In this document: in pieces, positions 49,004 to 59,473 of the stretch
Position numbering within the stretch: the stretch's first letter is position 1
Layout of the letters: every line of letters begins with the position of its first letter
Source: Candidatus Bathyarchaeota archaeon
Lineage (GTDB): Archaea; Thermoproteota; Bathyarchaeia; Bathyarchaeales; Bathycorpusculaceae
Direction: 5' to 3'
Length of the DNA: 63,695 bases
NCBI GenBank assembly: GCA_963827165.1
Contig: CAWGZR010000013.1
Coordinates: forward strand, 1-63,695
Notes under the pieces: generated by a model
The model's input: the letters and a program-made list of their open reading frames with translations, nothing else
Told to the model about the DNA's origin: nothing
Database searches by the model: none
Position numbers and translations under genes: made by a program

Positions 49004-49803
49004 GGCGTACTTGCATCGGAAAGATTAAACTTCAAGTCCGCACAAAACGAGCCATCTTATAGACTCTGAGCCAAATTTGCTTAATTTACAAGAAATAATC
49101 TTGTACTGCTCAAGCCTTCAAGTAACATCGAGCCGTAATACTGTAAAAAGCGCCTTTAACATAGTACATTTCGCCCAAGGCAAAATGCGCGGTTAGATCT
49201 TTTTGATGTGTCGTGTTCCCTTTTTTTCGGCTGTTGTACACAGGACATATCCAAGCAGCCATACTGGGACGAGGAAAGGTAACATAAACACAGAGGCTAT
49301 TCTTCGTTTGGTCATATCAAGCTCTTCCTGCCGCCAATTATCCTTCAATTTTAAAATAAGGTTTTTTGAGAAGCGGACTTGACTAACTTGTCAACTCTGG
49401 TGAACCCCATCAAAAAAGCGTTAACACACTCGCCAAACAAGATAAAACGTACTTTTCCAGTTTTCACGCTTCTAAATTAAGGTCTAGGACAATCGAGAAG
49501 CAGCCTAAGCGGGTTCAGAAATTTGAACCTAAAACACAAACAATAAAATTTTGCAGAAAATTAGCAACTGAAAAATTTACACAAAAACAAAACCCGCCGA
49601 AACCCAAAAACAGTCAACGCAACTCGGAAACCACCAAACCAGCGGCATCCGACTTTTCAGGAAAGCTTGCCATAAAGCTTAATAGGTTTAAATTCACTTT
49701 CCATGTCAGCTTATCTATTTCGAGAGTTATAGAAAATGCCGTGTATAATTAAAAAACCATCATTCCAAAATTTAAATTCACAACTTATGGAGATTGAGTA
49801 AGT

Positions 49804-52020
49804 ATGGCGCGTTATAGGCAAACTGACGAAATTGTTAAACTGATGGAAACTCCAACATTCATCAGAAACACCAGCATTATTGCCCATGTGGACCACGGGA
49901 AAACTACACTTGCCGACAGTTTGCTTGCAGCGGCAGGAATCATCAGCACCCAAACCGCGGGACAAAAATTGTTTCTTGACTCGTGGGATCTTGAGCAGAA
50001 ACGTCAAATGACCGTTTTCGCCTCAAACGTTAGCTTGGTACACAGCTACAATAATCAAGATTACCTCATCAACCTCATCGACACCCCTGGACACATTGAC
50101 TTTTCAGGCGCAGTAACAAGAAGCCTAAGAGCAGTTGACGGTGCACTTGTCGTTGTAGATGCCGTTGAAGGACCCATGACTCAAACAGAAACCGTTTTGA
50201 TGCAGGCCCTTCGAGAACGCGTGAAACCAATTCTATTCATCAATAAAGTTGACCGCCTAATAAAAGAAATCAAACTAACACCTCAAGAGATCCAAAAGAA
50301 ATTTGCCAAGATCCTCCTCAGAGTAAACACTTTAATTGAGAGGTATGCGCCAAAAGAGCACAAAGAAGACTGGCAAGTCAAAATAGAGGATAGCCGCGTT
50401 GCATTTGGCTCAGCACTCCATAAATGGGGTCTAAATCTTGATCACATGAAAATGAAGAAAGTCACTTTTCAAGACATTATCGACGCATACTCAGGCGACC
50501 CGATAGAGGTTGGAAGAAAAGTTGACGAATTAAGTAAAAGAGCGCCGTTGCCAGAACCGATTCTGGATATGTTCTGCAAACACTTACCTAATCCTTACGA
50601 AGCACAACCATACAGACAACCACAGATTTGGCCAGGAGACATTAACAGTACAACTGGTCAAGGGATGGCAAAAGTTGATCCAAAAGCCCCCCTGCTAATG
50701 TGCATATCAACAATTGAAGTTGACCCACACAGCGGAACAGTTGCAATTGGCAGAATTTTCAGCGGCTCGGTTGAGCGTGGAAAAACGGTCCAACTGCTAA
50801 GCAGTAACCAGAAAGGCACTATTCAACAAGTTTTCATGAGTATGGCAACGGACCGAGTACTCATTGACCGAGTCCCAGCGGGCAACATTGGCGCAATCTC
50901 AGGGTTACCGTCAATACACGTTGGCGAAACCATTGCAGAAGAAGGCGTTGAAGTTCACTCATTCGAAGGCTTAAGATACGTTTCTGACCCAGTCGTAACC
51001 GTAGCTGTTGAACCTGAAGATGTCAAAGACCTGCCGCTCTTCGACAAAGTCATGCATAAGCTCACAACGGAAGATCCTAACCTACATTTCATCATGAACA
51101 AAGAAAGCGGCGAATTTCTCCTCTCAGGCATGGGTGAACTCCATCTTGAAATCACTGCTTACCGCATGCAAGAAGCAGGCTTAAAAGTGAAGCTTAGCAA
51201 GCCAATCGTCATCTACCGAGAAACCATCAGTCACGATTACCGCGGTCCAGCAATTATGGGTAAAAGCCCCAACAAACACAACAAGCTTTGGATAACTATT
51301 GAACGGTTGTCTGAAGAAGTGATTGAAGCAATAAAGTCCGATAAAATTAATGACATGCAAAGCAAAGATGAGAGAACAAAAACCTTGCGGGCTTTAGGAT
51401 GGGAAGCGGACGAAGCAAAAGGAGCAGTGGCTGTAGAAGAAAACTGCATCCTTGTCAACCGTATCCGTGGAAGACAATACGTTGAGGAAATTTTGGACCA
51501 CATTAAAAGTGGATTCCGCGAAGCAGTTCACACGTCACCTTTAGCTAAGGAACCAGCTTACGGCTTAAAAATCAACTTAGAAGACATAGTGCTTCATGAA
51601 GATCCAGTCCACAGGGGACCAGCACAAGCTATTCCGATGACTTGGAGACCAATATACTGCTGCATACTCCTGAGCGATCCAAAAATTCTTGAACCGCTAA
51701 TGAGTTTCGAATGTAAAGTTCCAAGCGAATTCGTCAGCGCAGTAATCACAATGCTAAACAAGAGACGAGGAAAAATCCTTGACATGCCATCGGAAGAAGA
51801 CATGATCACTGTAAAAGCTGAAATGCCAGTTTCCGAAAGCTTCGGTATCGCTGATGAATTGCGAGGTTCAACTTCAGGCAGAGCGTTCTGGGCAACACAA
51901 TTTAGTCGTTGGGCACCAGTTCCAGAGCAAATGCAAGCCGATACCATCAAGAAAATCCGCGAACGCAGAGGACTACCACCTACCCCGCCAAAGCCAGAAG
52001 AATACTTCGAGAAAGAGTAG
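49804..52020 (+). CDS. fusA: Translation elongation factor aEF-2
   Basis: AHVDHGKTT, DTPGH, NKVD, GMGELHLE, diphthamide loop HEDPVHRGPAQ. Confidence 0.97.
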   Translation: MARYRQTDEIVKLMETPTFIRNTSIIAHVDHGKTTLADSLLAAAGIISTQTAGQKLFLDSWDLEQKRQMTVFASNVSLVHSYNNQDYLINLIDTPGHIDFSGAVTRSLRAVDGALVVVDAVEGPMTQTETVLMQALRERVKPILFINKVDRLIKEIKLTPQEIQKKFAKILLRVNTLIERYAPKEHKEDWQVKIEDSRVAFGSALHKWGLNLDHMKMKKVTFQDIIDAYSGDPIEVGRKVDELSKRAPLPEPILDMFCKHLPNPYEAQPYRQPQIWPGDINSTTGQGMAKVDPKAPLLMCISTIEVDPHSGTVAIGRIFSGSVERGKTVQLLSSNQKGTIQQVFMSMATDRVLIDRVPAGNIGAISGLPSIHVGETIAEEGVEVHSFEGLRYVSDPVVTVAVEPEDVKDLPLFDKVMHKLTTEDPNLHFIMNKESGEFLLSGMGELHLEITAYRMQEAGLKVKLSKPIVIYRETISHDYRGPAIMGKSPNKHNKLWITIERLSEEVIEAIKSDKINDMQSKDERTKTLRALGWEADEAKGAVAVEENCILVNRIRGRQYVEEILDHIKSGFREAVHTSPLAKEPAYGLKINLEDIVLHEDPVHRGPAQAIPMTWRPIYCCILLSDPKILEPLMSFECKVPSEFVSAVITMLNKRRGKILDMPSEEDMITVKAEMPVSESFGIADELRGSTSGRAFWATQFSRWAPVPEQMQADTIKKIRERRGLPPTPPKPEEYFEKE

Positions 52021-52150
52021 ACTCTTCTTTCTTTTTCCTTTTTTAATTACTTTAGATCTTTTTTAGAGTATTTTAAATTTTTATAGAGAGCAGTTAAACC
52101 AATCCATGTTTCAAGACGATAATTAGCTTGGCCACCTGTCGAGTTTTGTT

Positions 52151-52224
52151 GAAGTTTTATGATGTTTGGCGACGTTATGTGACTTTTTATGACGTTCTAT
52201 GACGTTTTGTGACGTTTTATGACG
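52151..52224. repeat. 10-bp minisatellite, consensus GACGTTTTAT, about 7 units
   Basis: gaagttttat gatgtttggc gacgttatgt gactttttat gacgttctat gacgttttgt gacgttttat gacg. Confidence 0.85.
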
Positions 52225-52340
52225 CAACCTGCAGGTACTTCAAGCCCTGAATCAAGAAAGCAACCCAAAACACAAACAACAAAAAATGCAGAGACGGGTT
52301 CGAGGGTAAGGCTTTAATGCAAAAAAGCAATTAACGTTCT

Positions 52341-52946
52341 GTGAGCTTTATGATACTCGGAATTTGCGGGAGCCCTAGAGATCAAGCCACTGAGCATGTC
52401 TTAAAAGAAGCCCTCAAAATGCTCAGCGAGAAAGGATTCGAAACTCAGTTTTGGACTGTGCGTGGAAAATGGGTTGATTTCTGTGCCCACTGCGACTACT
52501 GCCTCACAAACAAGGAATGCGTCGTTCAAGACGACGTTCAAGAACTCTACACCCTGTTAACCGAGGCAAAAGGAATCATTTTTGCTTCGCCCGTCTATAA
52601 CGGCGGAGTAAGCGCCCAAACCAAAGCACTCATGGATCGAACACGCGCGCTAGTCGCAGCGGACAAAAATGTTTTCAAAGGAAAGATCGGGATGGGCATC
52701 GTTGTAGGCGGCGATCGAAACGGCGGACAAGAATTTGCTCTCATGCAGATTCACAGCTTCTACATAATCAACGGAATGATTCCCGTAAGCGGCGGGTTCT
52801 TCGGAGCCAATTTAGGGGCGACTTTCTGGAGCAAAGACACTCTTGACGGCGTAAAAGCGGACGAGGAGGGTTTTAGAAGCTTAAAGAAGACAATTAAAAA
52901 ATTTGCAGCCCAATTGGAAGGGGCACAAGAGAAGCCTAAGGCGTGA
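52341..52946 (+). CDS. Iron-sulfur flavoprotein (flavodoxin family)
   Basis: GSPR, CAHCDYC...C, SPVY, DRNGGQE. Confidence 0.9.
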   Translation: MSFMILGICGSPRDQATEHVLKEALKMLSEKGFETQFWTVRGKWVDFCAHCDYCLTNKECVVQDDVQELYTLLTEAKGIIFASPVYNGGVSAQTKALMDRTRALVAADKNVFKGKIGMGIVVGGDRNGGQEFALMQIHSFYIINGMIPVSGGFFGANLGATFWSKDTLDGVKADEEGFRSLKKTIKKFAAQLEGAQEKPKA

Positions 52947-53539
52947 TTGTTATGGTTGAAAACGTTAAGATTAAGAAGCGTAAGGTTGCTTGGGGAATAA
53001 CGGGTGCAGGGGACAAAATCGCTGAAATCGTCGAAGTCATGAAAGACCTCAAGAAACAGTCTGAGGACAAGGTGGAGATCGACGTGTTTATCTCCAAAGC
53101 AGCCGACACTATGCTCAAATTCTATAGGCTTGAAGACGAAATCAAAAACAACTTCCCAAAAGTAATGGTTGAGGTTAACGCCAACTCACCGTTCCTAGCA
53201 GCTTGGCTTCAAAGTGGCAAATACGAGTTCCTTCTAATAGCACCCTGCTCATCCAACTCAGTTGCTAAGATCGCGAACAGCATAAGCGACACGATGCTCA
53301 CAAACGCAGCCATCATGAGCCTCAAAGCATTCAGACCCGTCTACATCCTCCCAACGGACTACCGGGAAAACGTCGTATCCACGATTCTTCCCAGCGGCAA
53401 AGAAATGAAACTACGAGTACGCAAAGAGGAAGCTGACCAAGTACGAAAACTAGAAGCTATGGAGGACATGCATGTGTTCGAAAGTCCCCAGAAAATAAAA
53501 GAATTCTTTATTAAATGGCTGAAAACCACAATGCCATGA
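52943..53539 (+). CDS. afpA: Archaeoflavoprotein AfpA
   Basis: VAWGITGAGD, ANSPFLA, YEFLLIAP, ILPTD, LRVRKE. Confidence 0.85.
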   Translation: MIVMVENVKIKKRKVAWGITGAGDKIAEIVEVMKDLKKQSEDKVEIDVFISKAADTMLKFYRLEDEIKNNFPKVMVEVNANSPFLAAWLQSGKYEFLLIAPCSSNSVAKIANSISDTMLTNAAIMSLKAFRPVYILPTDYRENVVSTILPSGKEMKLRVRKEEADQVRKLEAMEDMHVFESPQKIKEFFIKWLKTTMP

Positions 53540-53544
53540 ACACG

Positions 53545-53574
53545 AGAAGGCGGGTTACAACCAACAGACCAGCC
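53545..53574 (+). repeat. Short 3'-terminal fragment of the RNase P RNA gene (att-like)
   Basis: AGAAGGCGGGTTACAACCAACAGACCAGCC; direct repeat of 55162-55191 with 2 mismatches. Confidence 0.65.
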
Positions 53575-53645
53575 AACAACTCATTTATTCTGTGTAATTT
53601 TGTTTGGGTTGGTTTTAGTGATTGGAATTTTTAAATAGTTGAATC

Positions 53646-55064
53646 GTGATTAGCATACTTATGGTTCAACTATTCTTCGACAGAGAACAGGAACTGCAAT
53701 TCCTCCAAAAACATTACGAAACCAAAACAGCCGAATTAATCGTCCTTTATGGACGAAGAAGAGTAGGAAAAAGCGAACTCACACTAAATTTCGCCAAAAG
53801 TAAACCCCACATCTATTTCCTAGCTGACCGCCGACCCGAAACCCAACTTATACAAGAGCTAAAGCACGAAATGAGCCGTTACCTGCAGGATGAAAGCTTC
53901 GGGAAACTTGCTTTAAACGATTGGGCTGAGCTTTTCTTGGAATTTACGAAATGGAACAAGAACAATCAAGTGGTAGTAATCATAGATGAATTTCCTGTCC
54001 TTATAGAGTCAAATCATGCGGTCACCTCGATTTTCCAGAAAATTTGGGACCAAAACCTCAAAAACACCCATACAATGCTCATTCTGCTAGGTTCATCCAT
54101 AGCAATGATGGAAACAGAAGTTCTTAACTACAAAAGCCCGCTCTATGGCAGAAGAACGGGACAATGGAAGCTGGAACCCCTCAAACTGACAGAAACAAAA
54201 CCGTTTTTCCCAAAATATGACATCGAAATGCTGGTACATGTCTACGGCTGCTTAGGTGGTGTTCCCGCTTACCTTCAAAAATTCAATGCACAAGTTGGGT
54301 TTTGGGAAAACGTGGAGGAAAAAATCCTTGCAAAAGGAGAGTTTCTTTATGAAGAGGCAGATTTTCTCCTACGAGAAGAACTGCGCGAGCCTCGCAACTA
54401 TGCAGCGATTTTGCAGGCAATAGCACTGGGTGCAACAACCTATGGGGAAATTGTTAACGAAACAGGCTTGGAGCGGAGCATGCTTTCAAAATACCTCAGT
54501 GTGCTGGAGGAGCTTACTTTTACTCAGCGAGTTTACCCCGTGGGTTCAAAGGTTAAGCCCAGAAAAGGCCAATACGGCATAGCTGATAATTACTTGAATT
54601 TCTGGTTCAAGTACGTTTTTGCGAATAGGATAGACCTTGAAGCTGGAAACACCACAAGCGTCCTAAACAAAATTCGCAAAGACTACAATAATTACCTTGG
54701 TCATGCGTTTGAGCAAATTGTGTTTGATCTCTTAAAAGAAGCACAGAGAAACCGTATGCTTCCATTTACCTTTTCTGAAATTGGGAAATGGTGGTACAAA
54801 GATACTGAAGTTGACGCCATAGCGATTGACGAGGGGTCCCGAACAGCAACGTTTCTTGAAACAAAATGGAGCACCATAGGAAGAAGAGACTGCCAAAGAA
54901 TTTTAGAACGACTGAAGGAGAAGTCAGAACAGTTTCGCTGGAACCGTGAAAAAGAAAACTACGGAATCATTGCGAAACGAATTGAGGATAAAAAACAGCT
55001 ACGTGACCAAGGCTACATCGCTTTAGATTTGGAAGACTTTAAACAACTACCTGAAAATCGTTAA
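53646..55064 (+). CDS. Archaeal ATPase (AAA + wHTH + DUF234/PD-(D/E)XK)
   Basis: FFDRE.EL, YGRRRVGKS, IDEFP, SPLYGRRT, FWFKY, EVDAIA...ETKW. Confidence 0.9.
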   Translation: MISILMVQLFFDREQELQFLQKHYETKTAELIVLYGRRRVGKSELTLNFAKSKPHIYFLADRRPETQLIQELKHEMSRYLQDESFGKLALNDWAELFLEFTKWNKNNQVVVIIDEFPVLIESNHAVTSIFQKIWDQNLKNTHTMLILLGSSIAMMETEVLNYKSPLYGRRTGQWKLEPLKLTETKPFFPKYDIEMLVHVYGCLGGVPAYLQKFNAQVGFWENVEEKILAKGEFLYEEADFLLREELREPRNYAAILQAIALGATTYGEIVNETGLERSMLSKYLSVLEELTFTQRVYPVGSKVKPRKGQYGIADNYLNFWFKYVFANRIDLEAGNTTSVLNKIRKDYNNYLGHAFEQIVFDLLKEAQRNRMLPFTFSEIGKWWYKDTEVDAIAIDEGSRTATFLETKWSTIGRRDCQRILERLKEKSEQFRWNREKENYGIIAKRIEDKKQLRDQGYIALDLEDFKQLPENR

Positions 55065-55076
55065 TACCGCAATTAA

Positions 55077-55191
55077 GTAGCTCGTCTAAGGGTTGAAGAC
55101 TGCGACTACCCATGCTGAATCATAGGCGCGGGTAGCCCGATTAGCCGAATGCCACAATAACAGAAGGCGGGTTACAGCCAACACACCAGCC
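55077..55191 (+). ncRNA. rnpB: RNase P RNA gene, 3' part only
   Basis: CGGGTAGCCCGATTAGCCGAATG and AACAGAAGGCGGGTTA match the conserved archaeal CR-IV/CR-V segments; upstream hairpin GTAGCTCGTCT...AGACTGCGACTAC; 5' half absent. Confidence 0.7.
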
Positions 55192-55216
55192 TATTTTACT
55201 AATACACCAGCCTTGT

Positions 55217-56502
55217 TTACTCATTGCGTTTTTTCGCCTTCCTAAATAGCATAATACCTTGAGGGGTAGTGACAACATACTGCCAAGCTTGTTCGATCAA
55301 TTCGCCGGCTTCTTTTGCATCTTTAGCGGTTGCGTGATGGTAGTTTTCTGCTTCATCATCAATGGGTACTAAATGAGTATAGACTAAGGTGCTGTTTATG
55401 TTGCGGTGGCCTAGTACCTCTTTAACGTGAAGAATGTTTCTTGTCATGGCGTATTCTTTTGTAGCTTTGAAGTGCCTTAGAAGTGAAACCTTATTTGTTT
55501 TAGTCGTGGGTTCTGTAATTTGATTGCTAAGGCGTGTTTTTGTCGGTCATATTTCCAGCGAAAAGCGTTAAGATTGCCATTTCCAAATATGTAGTCGTTT
55601 GTTTTCGGTAGCATTAAGAGCCTTGCCATTAATCTGCTTGAGAGTTTTGCTTGTCTTGGGTTGCCGTGTTTTTCAGCTACGCATTTGAGGGTAAAGTTTT
55701 CTTCGTCTAGGTCGGTCCATTTGCATTGCCATAATTCGCCTATTCTAAAGCCTGTTTCTTTGAGTGCAAGCACGCAAGTTCCTACTTTTTTGCTGCAACC
55801 GGCTACTAGTGCATCGACTTCTTTTTCCAGCGGTACAAACGGTAAAGATTTTTTTGTTTCATAGTATGGGGGTTGCCACTGGATTTTTAGCATCTCGGCA
55901 TAGCTGTCATAGGCGCTTACAAAGTTCTGCTTGTATCCGTTGCTCCATTTTTCGTTTGTAGCAAGAATCGTTCTAACTGCTTCAGGATCATGCAAATTAA
56001 CGCCGCTTTTCTGGGAAAGATACCTTAGCAGTTTAACCCTTGTTTTTATCGTTGCGTCACTAAACTTGCCCTGTTTTTTTAGATACCACATGAAATCTAC
56101 GATTTCGCCTTGAATTGCTGTTTGGTGTGTTTGGTTTCGGCTAATTGCCACAACATCGGTTTCTTGTTGTGGTTCCAATTTTTTCGCCTTATCCTGTAGG
56201 ATTGCGCTTAATCGGTAATCGCTATTTGTCCTTGACAATTTAAAAGGGTTTGGTTCACTGAATCTAACGTTACAATCCTTGCAATAGTAACGCTGTAACG
56301 TTAAGCCTTCTGCAGTTTGCCTAGTTCCAGCTTTATCAAAAGGACCGACAGAACTACATTCGGGGCAGCTTAGATGTTGAGGTTCCTTTGGTGGATGATG
56401 CCCTGTAGGCTCATCTATCTTCTCATCAAGTGCATTCTCTAAGATGACCGGTGGAGCAGTAATTGGGATGCTATCCTGTTTATGAATTTCAACCTCGACC
56501 AT
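55217..56502 (-). CDS. Tyrosine recombinase/integrase with N-terminal Zn finger; 1-nt frameshift near 55480
   Basis: CPEC...CKDC; ETGFRIGE; FH-x-LRH across the shift; LGHRNINSTLVY. Confidence 0.9.
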
Positions 56503-56586
56503 GAGCTTTAAGAAGCCTCCTCTGGCGGCTTTCAGTCTGGTTTATCCATCCTTGGCACTCGCATGCCCAACTGCTGTCTGTTTTGA

Positions 56587-59007
56587 TTAATTGGGGGTCG
56601 CCTCCATAGCTAACGAAGGGTGTTGGCAATCTTCTGTGTGGTAGCGTCCACAATCACCACAAACTCGTGAGGGCGAAAGCTTTAGCGGTTCAGGTTTAAC
56701 GGGTTTAACGGATTTAACGGGTTTAACGCTCTCAGGATTGAACTCTTTACTCTCTGTTGTAAGTTGCTTTGGCTCTTTGCCCTGCAAACTTGGGGGTAGG
56801 GGTTCATTTGTGACTCCGTTAACTTCGTTAACCCCGTTAAAGTCAGATAGCTTTGTGAATCCTTCGGTGACTTTGTATGCTTCTATGAGTTTAGGCGTAG
56901 GGTAATGTCCACGCTTAGAGGTCAGTAATCCTTCCGTCTTTAGCGTTGCTATTAGAGGTCTTAACTGATTGTTTCCTGCTAAGCCGAATTTTGTCATCAA
57001 CTCGTCGTTTGTAGTGTGGTTTTGAGTCACAAGGAAGCAAAGAATCTCTGTCAGGTTCTCGATGGGATTTTTGGCAAGTTGCCCTTTTACCTTTCGCATT
57101 AGGTCTTCTACGTCTTCCGAGGTAATTTTTTCAAATTTGTGGTCTTGCGCTAATATTCCTAAGCCAGCGTTTGTGTATTCTTCAGTCAAGAAGTCAACTA
57201 TTGCCTTAACGTGTTCATCAGTGACTGTAACGGTTGTGTAGTCGTCGTTTGTTGATAATGTACAATGGGCAAGTGCGACGCTTAAGCGTGCAATTTTATA
57301 TTTCACGTCTATGCTGACGAGCGGTATAGCTTCCAAGAAGAACTTGTTGTAAAGTTCCGTTGACTGTTGCAGTAGTAGGTTTATGGCTATGTCTGTCCAT
57401 TCAACTTTTGCTTTATTGCTCCATGCCCACTTTAGGACTTCCGAGAACTGTTCAAGCGCTGGATTGGGTTCTTGTGTTATCTTTCTGTTGATCATTTGAG
57501 GAGTTACGTCTCGTTGGTCGGAGAATACGCATAGATCTATTCTGGCGATGCTTGTGGGATCTAGGATTGTTGACGTAGCCCGGATGGGATGGAGAAAACT
57601 GCCAAGACTCTTGGTGCTATAACGGTCTGCTTCAGGGTCAACTGCATTGTAGATTCTAATTTGCCTGGTTCTTGCGTTGGTTGTGTTCTTGGCTGCTTTT
57701 GCTATGGATAATATGCCGCTTCTTTCAGCTTCAGCTAGGGCTGCCCAACATGAAGCGCTCAGCTTGTGTGCTCCGTCAACTGCTAAGAGTTTGCGATCCA
57801 TTAGGGGTAGAAATCCCCAATCGATGAACCATCCTTCTTTTTCTGTCTGGGTAGCTGTACCTGTTAAGCCAACCGTGGAGGCTGTTTCTGCGGAGATGAC
57901 GAGTCCTGCCTTGAGGAGCACTGAGAGTTTCTTGACTGTTTCGCTTTTTCCGGTGGTTGTGTCGCCTATTACTGCTATTATTGACCAGCCGCGTTGCAGT
58001 TCACCGTTAAACTTTACTTGAATTGGCGAAAAATAACCTAGAAGGGCTGCTTTAGTGATGTTTTGCCTACCGACAACATGACTGTATAGCTCAAAGTTGT
58101 CCACTATCCATTTCAGGCGTTCACTGACACTTTTGTCTTTAAACTCTTGCTGAATTATGGATAGTTTGTTTGTGTCAAAGCTTGAGTTGTCTTCTGGGAA
58201 TTCAACGGCGTAGCCGAGCATGGTTGTTTTTTGTGTTCGGGGGTTGGGTAAGGGTATGCCAGTTAGCTTTACTAGAGTGCTTGGTTGGAAAGTTAATGGA
58301 GTGTCGGAGACAACGTATAGGTCAAGGTGCTTGTATTCATAGCCTTTATCATCGACTATTTTGTCTCCCAATTTATCAAGCGTAAAAACTTCAGGGCGCA
58401 CTCTTAGGGCGTAAACGGTTCTATGTTTTAGTTCCTTTCTGATGATTACCTTAGTGTCTGGATATATGGTTTTTAGGTACTTGTTTAGTCTGCCGTTTTT
58501 TGTTTCCTCAGACACTGCAACTAAGCTAACGTTGAGGGGGTCCTCGATTTTTATGCTTGGGGCTACAACGTAGGATTCTTCGCTTTGTTCCTTTATGTCT
58601 GCTCTTATTTGGGATGGAATGCTGTAGGCGGTGCTTGTACTTGAAATTACAGCTTGGATAGTTACTGGTTTGCAGATTAGGTCGGGATGCTCAATTTCGT
58701 TTATGTGTTGCAGAATTGCTGGGCTATCGTCTGATTCTATTGGGCGTGACGAAGTCCGAGTTGTTTCTGAGTTTGGGGATCGCTGGATTGGGGCTGCAGT
58801 TTGGTGACCACTTTCGCAAATGTACCAGTTCGTTTGTATGTCATCCTTGTGGTGCTCTGTTACTGGTTTTTTGCATGTTGGGCATAGCATAAGCAACTTT
58901 GGGGGTGCCTGAGAGTTGTTATTGTTCTCGCTATCAACTGCTGAAACGTTAGGCGTTGGCTGTTCCTGCGCTTCTTGTTCTGTTATAATGCCTGTTTCTT
59001 GAGTCAT
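56587..59007 (-). CDS. MCM-like replicative helicase of an integrative element
   Basis: Walker A GDTTTGKSE, STVGLTG, LAVDG, LAEAERSGILSIAKA, IARIDL; Zn ribbons at both ends; probable start 59007. Confidence 0.8.
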   Translation of the reverse strand: MTQETGIITEQEAQEQPTPNVSAVDSENNNNSQAPPKLLMLCPTCKKPVTEHHKDDIQTNWYICESGHQTAAPIQRSPNSETTRTSSRPIESDDSPAILQHINEIEHPDLICKPVTIQAVISSTSTAYSIPSQIRADIKEQSEESYVVAPSIKIEDPLNVSLVAVSEETKNGRLNKYLKTIYPDTKVIIRKELKHRTVYALRVRPEVFTLDKLGDKIVDDKGYEYKHLDLYVVSDTPLTFQPSTLVKLTGIPLPNPRTQKTTMLGYAVEFPEDNSSFDTNKLSIIQQEFKDKSVSERLKWIVDNFELYSHVVGRQNITKAALLGYFSPIQVKFNGELQRGWSIIAVIGDTTTGKSETVKKLSVLLKAGLVISAETASTVGLTGTATQTEKEGWFIDWGFLPLMDRKLLAVDGAHKLSASCWAALAEAERSGILSIAKAAKNTTNARTRQIRIYNAVDPEADRYSTKSLGSFLHPIRATSTILDPTSIARIDLCVFSDQRDVTPQMINRKITQEPNPALEQFSEVLKWAWSNKAKVEWTDIAINLLLQQSTELYNKFFLEAIPLVSIDVKYKIARLSVALAHCTLSTNDDYTTVTVTDEHVKAIVDFLTEEYTNAGLGILAQDHKFEKITSEDVEDLMRKVKGQLAKNPIENLTEILCFLVTQNHTTNDELMTKFGLAGNNQLRPLIATLKTEGLLTSKRGHYPTPKLIEAYKVTEGFTKLSDFNGVNEVNGVTNEPLPPSLQGKEPKQLTTESKEFNPESVKPVKSVKPVKPEPLKLSPSRVCGDCGRYHTEDCQHPSLAMEATPN

Positions 59008-59473
59008 GGTTTTGTTACCTCTTCTTCGCCGCGTTTTATCCAGAGACGCCCTGTACTGCTTGTTTGGTAAACAATGTACAGCTCTGGGAAGTCTTCTCAA
59101 GGGTTTTAAGGGCCGCAAAAAGTCAACTTGTGATCCTCTCAATACTAAGCCATGAGTCACTGAGACTTTTTGCAGACTATCGATTAGTTCCTTTTCAGGG
59201 GACTTTTTAGATGGGTAAACTGTCATCTTTTCTTACTCCTTTTCTTGAGCTATTCGGTTTAAACACCTGGCAAGCATACGGTTTAGGAGGCATCGAAATA
59301 GGGTTTGAGTGGCGCGTTTTGAATGGTTTTTTGCCATGCTTTGGCTCGGCTGCTTTTTCATTGCTTTCTAATTATCTATGGGCGAGTTTTCTCGTGCTGT
59401 TTTTCACATCTATTATAATATCGCATGTTTTATTATGAACTGATAGTTAGACTATTAGTAGAGGTTTAAAGAC

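Noticed and set aside
52151-52224. Possible CRISPR array
   Set aside because: 10-bp units without spacers; no cas genes and no repeat-spacer structure seen anywhere in the window
55447-55500. SSV-type split integrase
   Set aside because: The two parts are contiguous and differ by one missing base; no att sequence lies between them
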